Part shown: piece after piece, positions 27,831-35,056 of the stretch
Layout: each line of letters starts with the position of its first letter
Position numbering within the stretch: position 1 is the stretch's first letter
Origin: Brevundimonas sp.
Lineage (GTDB): Bacteria > Pseudomonadota > Alphaproteobacteria > Caulobacterales > Caulobacteraceae
Reading direction: 5' to 3'
Assembly: GCA_036405055.1 (NCBI GenBank)
Contig: DASWYI010000022.1
Span: 3,967 to 67,966, forward strand
DNA: 64,000 bases
Position numbers and translations under genes: made by a program
Notes under the pieces: generated by a model
Databases searched by the model: none
Told to the model about the DNA's origin: nothing
Seen by the model: the letters and a program-made list of their open reading frames with translations, nothing else

Positions 27831-28005
27831 AGCCCCAAGTCCAGGTGACCAGCTGAGTGTCCGCTTTCCCCCCATAGCGGACACTCCAACCGTCCGCTTT
27901 CCGGCTCCGTTCATCCCTCTTGCCGACGTCTGAACAGGCACCGTCGTCGCGCGCCGCCGCATTCAGCTTGACGGTATGCCCCGTCGCCCGGCTTAGTGGC
28001 GCGGC

Positions 28006-28563
28006 ATGAGCTTCTCGATGACCCGCGACGAACTGGCCCTCGCCCTTGGCCGCACGGCCCAGGGCGACCGCGCGGCCTTCCGTTCGGTCTATGAGGCGAC
28101 GTCCGCGAAACTGTTGGGCGTGTGCCTGCGTATCTTGGCTGACCGACAACTGGCCGAGGACGTCTTGCAGGACACCTATCTCACCGTCTGGAGGAAGGCC
28201 GAGAGCTTCGACGCATCGCGGGCCAGCCCGATCACCTGGCTGGTGACCATCGCGCGCAACCGCTCGATCGACCGGCTGCGTTCCGGCAAGCCGGTGCGGT
28301 TCGCCGCGCCGGTCGAGGCGGCGCACGATCTGGCCGACGAGGGGCCCCGGGCCGACACCCTGATCGAGAAGGGCGATGACGCCCGCCGCCTGACCACCTG
28401 CCTGGACGAACTGGACGAGAAGGCCGCGCGCTGCATCCGCACCGCCTTCTTCGAGGGCGTGACCTATGATGTGCTGGCCGAGCGTGAGGGGACGCCGCTG
28501 GGCACGATGAAGAGCTGGATCCGGCGGGGGCTGCAACGGCTGAAGGCCTGCCTCGAACGATGA
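28006..28563 (+). CDS. ECF sigma-70 factor (SigK-like)
   Basis: GDRAAF…AEDVLQD…W…WL.TIARNRSIDRLR and PLGTMKSWIRRGL motifs. Confidence 0.93.
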   Translation: MSFSMTRDELALALGRTAQGDRAAFRSVYEATSAKLLGVCLRILADRQLAEDVLQDTYLTVWRKAESFDASRASPITWLVTIARNRSIDRLRSGKPVRFAAPVEAAHDLADEGPRADTLIEKGDDARRLTTCLDELDEKAARCIRTAFFEGVTYDVLAEREGTPLGTMKSWIRRGLQRLKACLER

Positions 28564-29288
28564 TTGACGCCGATCCCGACACCCCCGACATCCTGGCCGG
28601 CGAACTGGCCCTGCGCGTGCTGTCGCCCGCCGATGAGGCCGCCGCCCGCGCCCGCGAGGCCGGCGACCCCGCCTTCGCCGCTCAGGTCGACGGCTGGAAC
28701 GAACGTATCGCCGCCTTCGCCGACGAGGTCGCACCGGTCGAGCCGTCGCCGCGCGTCTGGCCCCGCATCGATGCCGGAACCGCCGCCCGCGCCGCCAATG
28801 ACAATGACCGCGTGACCTTCTGGCGCCGCTGGGCCGTTGGCTCCACCGGCCTGCTGGCCGCCAGCGTCGCGGCGCTCGCCGTTGTGATGGCCCAGCCCGA
28901 GCCGACACCCGTGGCGCCGCCGACGCCACAGCCCGTCGCCGGCGTGGTCAAGGTGGCGACCCTGACGCTCAGCGACGGCGACGCCCCGGCCATGACCCTG
29001 GTCTACGACGCCGTCAGCGGGAACCTCTACCTCGCCCCGACCGACAAGATGGCGGGCGACAAGCGTGTGCCGCACCTGTGGCTGGTCATGCCGGACGGCG
29101 GCGGGGTCCAGCTGGTCGGCGCCATCGACGGCAGCGAGGCTTCGCGCCATCACCTGTCGGGCGCCTTGCCGGACATGGCGGGCCACGCTGTCCAGGTCGC
29201 CGTGTCGATGGAGGCCCCGGGCCACACCCCAGCGCCGCAGAAGCCTGACGGCCCGGTGGTCGCCAGCGGCGAGATGCAGATCCTCTGA
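28560..29288 (+). CDS. anti-sigma factor, RskA-like
   Basis: LAGELAL.VL, P.P.VW.RI, TM helix, LW… and AVSMEAPG…P.GPVVASG motifs; coupled to the sigma gene. Confidence 0.88.
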   Translation: MIDADPDTPDILAGELALRVLSPADEAAARAREAGDPAFAAQVDGWNERIAAFADEVAPVEPSPRVWPRIDAGTAARAANDNDRVTFWRRWAVGSTGLLAASVAALAVVMAQPEPTPVAPPTPQPVAGVVKVATLTLSDGDAPAMTLVYDAVSGNLYLAPTDKMAGDKRVPHLWLVMPDGGGVQLVGAIDGSEASRHHLSGALPDMAGHAVQVAVSMEAPGHTPAPQKPDGPVVASGEMQIL

Positions 29289-29547
29289 TCCGGCTGCATC
29301 CGCGCACGGCCTAACGGCGTAGCTTTGTCTGACGGGATGGATAGACGCCCAATCGTCCCCCCGTCCGGCAGGGAGGCTTCCAGCCCTTCCCAACAGGCCT
29401 CCCTGCCACATCGGGCGCTTAATCGCGCATATTTCCAGAAACGAACCCGAGCGTAATCAGCGGATTGCGCCGATCGACCTCGACTGAACGCACCCTGGTC
29501 CAGGGCGCGCGGACACTGATCTCCGGATTTTCACAGGAGACAGATCC

Positions 29548-31017
29548 ATGAGTGACGACGACAGCGCGCGCATCGCGTTGCCCTATCTGGCCGCAGGTCA
29601 GATGCAGAAGCATGTGACCCTGAACGAGGCCCTGACCCGCCTTGATGTGCTGGTGCAGACGGCGGTGGTCAGCCGCACGGCGGTCACGCAGCCCGCCGAC
29701 CCCGGCGACGGCGATCTCTACATCCTGCCCGAAGACGCCGAGGGCGCGGCATGGGACAGCAAACCTGAGGGCGCTCTGATGCGGTTCGAGGCCGGCGGCT
29801 GGACTGTCGTGCCCGCTCCTGACGGCATGGTCGCCGTGGTGCTGGACCACGGCGAACTGGTCGTGCGCCGCGACGGCGGCTGGACCCCGCTCGGCGAGCT
29901 GCTGGGCCAGGTGCAGCAACTGACCCGGCTCGGGGTCGGCACGACGGCGGATGCGGACAATCCCTTCGCCGCCAAGCTGAATAAGGCCCTGTGGACGGCG
30001 CTGGAGACTGGCTGCGGCGGTGACGGCGACCTGCGCCTTACGTTGAACAAGCAGGGCGCAGGCGACGTCCTGTCCCTGCTGTTCCAATCCGGATACGGCG
30101 GTCGGGCCGAACTGGGCCTGATCGGCGACGACGATCTGCGACTCAAGGTCAGCGCCGACGGCTCCACCTGGCATGAGGCCTTGTCGGTGGACCGCGCCAC
30201 GGGCCGGGTCACAACCACGCTGGGCGCACTGCGCAGCGAGGAAACAGTTTTCACCACTGACGGTTCGTGGACTGCGCCTGCCTGGGCCCGCAGGGTCGAG
30301 GTCCTGTGCGTCGGCGCCGGCGGCGGCGGAGCCGGCGGCCAGCTCGGCGCGGCGGGCACGAACCGCTTTGGCGGCGGCGGCGGGGGCGCGGGCGGCGTCA
30401 GCGTCGCGGTCTGGCCGGCGGACGCACTGACCGGCCCCCTGACCGTCACCGTCGGAGCGGGCGGTCTCGGCGGCGCCTCCAACACGGGGGGGCAGTCGGG
30501 CGAGGCGTCCAGCCTGACGATAGGCGGCGTGACCCTGCTGACCGGCGCGGGCGGGCAGGGCGGCCTCGCGACAGGGGCCGGGGGAGGCGGCGGCCTTGGC
30601 GTTCCCGCATCCAACGGCGGCGGAGCCTCTCTGCTGGCGGCGACGGCCCAGTCAGGCGCGACGCTGGCGCATCCGCTGGCTTCGGGCGGCGGCGGTGCGG
30701 GCGGCGCGCTGGATGCCGCCAACACGGCTCGACAGGGCGGCGTGGGCGGCGACGGCGGGCTGCTGGCCGTCACCACCGGCGGCGGAACGGGCGGCAGCGG
30801 TCCGGGCGGGGACGGCGATGCGGCGGCGGACCTCGACCTCGGTTGGACAGGTGGCGGAGGCGGGGGCGGGGGCGCCTCAGCCGCTGGGACCGGCCAGACC
30901 GGAGGCGATGGGGGCGATCATGGCGCGGGCGGCGGCGGCGGCGGCGCGGGTCTGAGTGCGGGCGGGGCCGGCGGTGACGGCTCGGGGGGCCTCGTCATCC
31001 TGAGGGCCGTCGGATGA
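29548..31017 (+). CDS. DUF2793 protein with glycine-rich C-terminus (phage/GTA tail fibre-like)
   Basis: LPYLAAGQMQKHVTLNEAL.RLD, RAELGL.GDDD…KVSADGSTW, then a phage-type Gly-rich domain. Confidence 0.85.
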   Translation: MSDDDSARIALPYLAAGQMQKHVTLNEALTRLDVLVQTAVVSRTAVTQPADPGDGDLYILPEDAEGAAWDSKPEGALMRFEAGGWTVVPAPDGMVAVVLDHGELVVRRDGGWTPLGELLGQVQQLTRLGVGTTADADNPFAAKLNKALWTALETGCGGDGDLRLTLNKQGAGDVLSLLFQSGYGGRAELGLIGDDDLRLKVSADGSTWHEALSVDRATGRVTTTLGALRSEETVFTTDGSWTAPAWARRVEVLCVGAGGGGAGGQLGAAGTNRFGGGGGGAGGVSVAVWPADALTGPLTVTVGAGGLGGASNTGGQSGEASSLTIGGVTLLTGAGGQGGLATGAGGGGGLGVPASNGGGASLLAATAQSGATLAHPLASGGGGAGGALDAANTARQGGVGGDGGLLAVTTGGGTGGSGPGGDGDAAADLDLGWTGGGGGGGGASAAGTGQTGGDGGDHGAGGGGGGAGLSAGGAGGDGSGGLVILRAVG

Positions 31018-31175
31018 GCGGCTTCACCCCTCGCGGCGCCCTGCATCCGCCCCTTCTCGACGCCGAGACCTGGGACGTCCCCGACCACCTGACCGATGAC
31101 GATTGCCTGATCGAAACCGGCGCCGAGCAGCGCCGGACCCGCGGCGATCTCGATCTGGAGCATGACAATGACTGA
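31014..31175 (+). CDS. possible 53-aa acidic small protein
   Basis: ATGA overlap with the DUF2793 stop; MSGFTPRGALHPPLLDAETWDVPDHLTDDDCLIETGAEQRRTRGDLDLEHDND*. Confidence 0.35.
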   Translation: MSGFTPRGALHPPLLDAETWDVPDHLTDDDCLIETGAEQRRTRGDLDLEHDND

Positions 31176-31422
31176 ACCCCAATCCATGCCCGAGGCGCGC
31201 TGGCTGTGGCGCCGCCTCTATGTCTTCGCCTTGACTTTCGGGGTGTGGCTGTTGCTGGCGCGGGCGGTGATGCGCGCCTCAACTGACAGCCTGCCGCGCC
31301 TGACCGAGGGGCTGATGTTGCTGCAGGCCCTGACGCTGGTGCTCTACCTCGTCGCGCCGACAACGCAGCAGATCGCGGCCCTGCTGGCGAACCTGAAGCT
31401 GCGGCTGGGGGGATCGGCATGA
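31162..31422 (+). CDS. putative holin (two TM helices)
   Basis: 86 aa, two hydrophobic segments, several closely spaced Met starts, ATGA-coupled to the endolysin. Confidence 0.6.
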   Translation: MTMTEPQSMPEARWLWRRLYVFALTFGVWLLLARAVMRASTDSLPRLTEGLMLLQALTLVLYLVAPTTQQIAALLANLKLRLGGSA

Positions 31423-31886
31423 GCTTCTCCTTCTCCGATCGCTCGCGCGCCGAACTGAAGGGCGTGCATCCCGACCTGATCGCGGTGGTCGAGCGCGCCC
31501 TTGTCCTGACGACCCAGGACTTCTGCGTCCATGACGGGGTTCGCACCCCGGAGCAGCAGAAGGCGCTGGTTCATGCGGGCGCCTCAAAGACTCTCAACAG
31601 CCGCCACCTGATCCGCTCCGATGGCTTTGGCCATGCGGTTGATCTGGTGCCATGGATCGGCGGCAAGCCGCGCTGGGACTGGACGCCGATCTATCGGGTC
31701 GCTGAGGCTGTGCGGCGCGCAGGCGTGGAGCGAGGTGTCCGCCTGACCTGGGGCGGGGTCTGGGACCGGCTGCTGGCCGATCTGCCTGAAACGGCGACGG
31801 GACTGGAGGCGGCGGTCCGCGCCTACACCGTCCGCCACCCCGGCCCGGACTTCATCGACGGCCCCCACTACGAGTTGGCGGCATGA
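31419..31886 (+). CDS. M15 family peptidase endolysin (L-Ala-D-Glu peptidase type)
   Basis: FS.RS…L.GVHPDL, G.RT.EQQ, SRHL…GHAVDL, WGG.W and DGPHYEL motifs. Confidence 0.9.
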   Translation: MSFSFSDRSRAELKGVHPDLIAVVERALVLTTQDFCVHDGVRTPEQQKALVHAGASKTLNSRHLIRSDGFGHAVDLVPWIGGKPRWDWTPIYRVAEAVRRAGVERGVRLTWGGVWDRLLADLPETATGLEAAVRAYTVRHPGPDFIDGPHYELAA

Positions 31887-32218
31887 TCGCCCGCATCCTC
31901 GCGGGCGGCCTCGCGGTCGCGCTGGCGGCCGCCGCTGTCCAGACTTGGCGCATCGACCGGCTCCGTGCCGGGAACGCCGCCCTCCAGGCTGAGGCCGAGG
32001 CCGCCGAGATCTGGCGGGTTCAGGCCCGTGACAACGCCGAGCGCTCGGCCGCGCGCTGCATCGACCAGATCGCCACGGCCCGCCTGTCCGCCCAACGCAT
32101 CGAAACCATCATTGAAAGGCCCGTCCATGTGGATCCTCAAGGCTGCGCTCGCCGCGAGCTTGTGCCTGCTGACCAGCTGCGCGACGCCCTCCAGCCCCGC
32201 CAAACCCCTGCCGAGTGA
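31883..32218 (+). CDS. putative i-spanin (Rz-like)
   Basis: N-terminal TM followed by Ala-rich coiled coil with Cys; directly after the endolysin. Confidence 0.65.
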   Translation: MIARILAGGLAVALAAAAVQTWRIDRLRAGNAALQAEAEAAEIWRVQARDNAERSAARCIDQIATARLSAQRIETIIERPVHVDPQGCARRELVPADQLRDALQPRQTPAE

Positions 32219-32396
32219 GTGCGTCCCCGTCGAACGCGCGCCGCCCCTGCCCGACGGCGCCGGCCTCGTTGCGCCCGCCACCGACCAGGAGCGTTCCGCC
32301 ACCCGTCTGTTCCTCACCTGGGTCGCCGAAATCGTCCGCATCGGCGACGCCAACGCCGCCCGGGCGGAGGACGGGCGGCGGGCGTGTTCGAGTTAG
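32127..32396 (+). CDS. putative o-spanin lipoprotein (Rz1-like), overlapping Rz in +1 frame
   Basis: MWILKAALAASLCLLTS-C lipobox, Pro-rich mature region, start inside the Rz-like gene. Confidence 0.65.
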   Translation: MWILKAALAASLCLLTSCATPSSPAKPLPSECVPVERAPPLPDGAGLVAPATDQERSATRLFLTWVAEIVRIGDANAARAEDGRRACSS

Positions 32397-32421
32397 AGTC
32401 TGCCTGGCCGTTTCTGCCTAC

Positions 32422-32560
32422 CCGTCGGAAATTTTTGCCGGTCCGGCCGCTTCACCCGGCAAATGCTGCCGGGCTCGAAGCGTGGTTAAGCAGACCTAAC
32501 GTAGTAAAATCAGTGACTTGATTTCTGGCCCGGTTTTGCGGCCGTGGCCCCGTCATTGCT
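32422..32560 (+). promoter_or_regulatory. sigma54 flagellin promoter with ftr (FlbD) enhancers and IHF site
   Basis: TGGCCCCGTCATTGCT (-24/-12, GG-N10-GC) at 32545-32560; ftr-like CCCGGCAAATGCTGCCGGG at 32455-32473 and a second weaker one near 32422-32441; IHF-like AATCAGTGACTTG at 32508-32520. Confidence 0.8.
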
Positions 32561-32632
32561 TCTGAGAGGATCGAGCAAAACGCTCCCGGCCGCCAAAATG
32601 GCGCCGGACACCTTGAAACAAGGACTATCGTT

Positions 32633-33466
32633 ATGGCGCTGAACAGCGTGAACACGAACGCTGGGGCTATGATCGCCCTCCAGAACCTGCAAGTCACCAA
32701 TGACGAGCTTGCCACGGTTCAATCCCGCATCAACACCGGCAAGAAGGTCGCCTCGGCCAAGGATAACGGCGCTGTTTGGGCTATCGCCCAGAACCAGCGT
32801 TCGGAAATCGGCGCGCTGAACGCGGTCAAGGACAGCCTGCAACGCGGCCAGTCGGCCACGGACGTGGCCGTCGCCGCCGGTGAATCCGTCTCGGATCTGC
32901 TGCTGCAGCTGAAGGAAAAGGCCCTGGCCGCGACCGACAGCTCGCTGACCACCTCGGCCCGCAAGGCCCTGAACGAAGACTTCAAGTCGATCCGCGACCA
33001 GATCGCCACGGTCGTCTCGAACGCCAGCTTCAACGGCGTCAACCTGATCAACAACTCGACCGGCACGAACGGGTTCAAGGCCCTGTCGAACGCGTCGGGC
33101 TCGACCATCAAGGTGGCTCCGGAAAACCTGTCGCTGGGCGGCGCCAACGTGACCGTCGCTGCGACGACCACGATCGGCACCGCGACGCTGGCCACGACCG
33201 CCCTGGGTCTGGTCAACGCCTCGATCAACAACGTGTCGGCTTCGCTGGCCCGTCTCGGCACCGGCTCCAAGTCGCTGGGCACCCACCTGAGCTTCGTCTC
33301 GAAGCTGCAGGACACCCTGGAAGCCGGCGTCGGCAACCTGGTGGATGCCGATCTGGCCAAGGAAAGCGCTCGCCTCCAGGCGCTGCAGACCAAGCAACAG
33401 CTGGGTGTGCAGGCCCTGTCGATCGCCAACTCTTCGACTTCGACCCTGCTCGGCCTGTTCCGCTAA
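32633..33466 (+). CDS. flagellin (Caulobacter FljK/FljL type)
   Basis: NSVNTN.GAMIALQNL and GVGNLVDADLAKESARLQALQTKQQLG motifs. Confidence 0.96.
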   Translation: MALNSVNTNAGAMIALQNLQVTNDELATVQSRINTGKKVASAKDNGAVWAIAQNQRSEIGALNAVKDSLQRGQSATDVAVAAGESVSDLLLQLKEKALAATDSSLTTSARKALNEDFKSIRDQIATVVSNASFNGVNLINNSTGTNGFKALSNASGSTIKVAPENLSLGGANVTVAATTTIGTATLATTALGLVNASINNVSASLARLGTGSKSLGTHLSFVSKLQDTLEAGVGNLVDADLAKESARLQALQTKQQLGVQALSIANSSTSTLLGLFR

Positions 33467-33479
33467 GGAACGCGTGGAA

Positions 33480-33504
33480 GGGCGGGAGCTTCGGCTCCCG
33501 CCCG
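33480..33504 (+). terminator. stable hairpin after flagellin
   Basis: GGGCGGGAG-CTTCGG-CTCCCGCCC with cUUCGg tetraloop; no U-tract. Confidence 0.5.
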
Positions 33505-33558
33505 ACTGCTCCGGGCGTAATCGTTCAGGAGCGCCGGTGAAATCCGGTGTCAGGAGAC

Positions 33559-33843
33559 ATGCAAAGCAATGCCAAGATAGCCCCGGTTCCCACCGTGGTC
33601 GTCGCCCCCAGCGGATCTTCCGCCGGCGGCGATTTTTCGCAATCCAAGGCCGCCCAGGACGCTGAACGCAATGCGCGTTACCGTCTGGTCATCGAGGAGG
33701 GGGCCCGCCCGGGCGCCTTCGTCTACAAGACCCTGGACCGCGTGACCGGTGAAGTGGTCCGTCAGCTCCCCCGCGAACAGATCGTGAAGCTGATGGAAGC
33801 CGGCGACTACGCCTCCGGCGCGGTGATCGACACCAGCGCCTGA
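33559..33843 (+). CDS. flaG: FlaG-like flagellar protein
   Basis: RLVIEE…FVYKTLDRVTGEVVRQLP motif; located between flagellins. Confidence 0.7.
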   Translation: MQSNAKIAPVPTVVVAPSGSSAGGDFSQSKAAQDAERNARYRLVIEEGARPGAFVYKTLDRVTGEVVRQLPREQIVKLMEAGDYASGAVIDTSA

Positions 33844-33978
33844 CGCAACCGACGACCCTCACGTCCATGCCGCGCAGGAGCGATCCGCGCGGTTAAAGCA
33901 CGTGGTGAACACGCGTTAACCATACACATACGAATCGTGACCTAGCCTGACCGGGCATCCTTCCAGGGCCCGAATTCC

Positions 33979-34809
33979 ATGACCAACAGCGTCCACACCA
34001 ACAACGCCGCTTCGATCGCGCTTCAGAACCTGACGCGCACCAACGACCGGCTTTCGGACGTTCAGGGGCGGGTGTCGACGGGCCTGAAGGTCCAGGGGGC
34101 CAAGGACAACGCCGCCATCTGGGCTATCGCCCAAGGCCAGCGGGCCGACGTCGGTGCGCTGGCTGCGGTCAAGCAGAGTCTGGACCGCGCCACCTCGATC
34201 GCCGACGTGGCCCTGTCGGCCGGCGAGTCGATCTCGGACCTGCTGAACCAGCTCAAGGAAAAGGTCGTCGCGGCCAAGGACGAGTCGCTCAAGACCCAGT
34301 CGCGCCAGCTGCTGAACGCCGACTTCAAGGCGCTGCTCAAGGCTATTGCGTCAGCGGTGCAGAATTCCAGCTTCGACGGCGGCAATATCCTGAACGGCTC
34401 GCTGACCAACGGCATCAAATTCCTTGCCAATGCTGACGCTTCGTCCTCGATCACCCTGTCAGCCAAGAACCTGTCGCTGGGCGGCTCGATCATCGAGCTG
34501 GCCATGTCGGACAGCCTGCTGACCTTGACGGGCGCGAACCAGGCGCTGACCCGTCTGGACGACTCGATCACCCAGCTGAACGCCGCGCTCGGCGAGATCG
34601 GCGCACAGGCCAAGCAGATCGAGGCTCACAACGGCTTCGTCACCAAGCTGATGGACACCCTGGAATCGGGCATCGGCAACCTGGTGGATGCGGACCTGGC
34701 CAAGGAAAGTGCGCGGCTTCAGGCCCTGCAGGTCCAGCAGCAACTGGGCGCGCAGGCGCTATCGATCGCGAACCAGTCGCCCCAGATCATCCTGTCGCTG
34801 TTCCAGTAA
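33979..34809 (+). CDS. flagellin (divergent, FljJ-like)
   Basis: NSVHTN…ALQNL, GAKDNAAIWAIAQ and GNLVDADLAKESARLQALQ motifs. Confidence 0.94.
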   Translation: MTNSVHTNNAASIALQNLTRTNDRLSDVQGRVSTGLKVQGAKDNAAIWAIAQGQRADVGALAAVKQSLDRATSIADVALSAGESISDLLNQLKEKVVAAKDESLKTQSRQLLNADFKALLKAIASAVQNSSFDGGNILNGSLTNGIKFLANADASSSITLSAKNLSLGGSIIELAMSDSLLTLTGANQALTRLDDSITQLNAALGEIGAQAKQIEAHNGFVTKLMDTLESGIGNLVDADLAKESARLQALQVQQQLGAQALSIANQSPQIILSLFQ

Positions 34810-35006
34810 GGGCGGTCAGCCCATCCGGCGGACAGAGTGACCGATCATCACCGGCGCCGGACGGCGTCGGTGATGCTGGGCTTTCGGGCCCAGGCCATAC
34901 AGCGACAGGAATGAAAGCAAGGCGGCACGCAAGGCGGACATGGCGTCGCTCCTGACTATCCGGCTGCGTTAACGGCTGTCGCCAATCGTTGTTCCGAGCC
35001 CGGATG

Positions 35007-35021
35007 TTAAGCGTTCGTTAC
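35007..35021 (+). promoter_or_regulatory. candidate CtrA box
   Basis: TTAA-GCGTTCG-TTAC (TTAA-N7-TTAA with 1 mismatch) upstream of the flaEY-like gene. Confidence 0.5.
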
Positions 35022-35056
35022 GCCGATTCGTGCAAGGTGCATGATCGGAGCGCACC

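Larger units (their letters stand above)
26756..27916. repeat. array of 27-bp GTCCGC…GCGGAC hairpin repeats separating single ORFs
   Basis: Main units at 26781, 27236, 27614 and 27859; degenerate units at 26756, 27211, 27589 (each exactly 25 bp upstream of a main unit) and 27892. Confidence 0.85.

Noticed and set aside
26756-27916. CRISPR array or classical integron
   Set aside because: Intervals are 245-455 bp and protein-coding, there are no cas or intI genes, and the repeats lack attC core motifs.
30300-31000. GGC-rich low-complexity tract as a DNA repeat element
   Set aside because: Explained by the glycine-rich coding domain of the DUF2793 fibre.
29548-32396. Intact prophage
   Set aside because: No integrase, terminase, capsid, replication genes or att repeats in the window.
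32526-32540. TGGCCCGGTTTTGC as the sigma54 promoter
   Set aside because: GG-GC spacing is 9 rather than 10; the adjacent site at 32545-32560 has the correct spacing.
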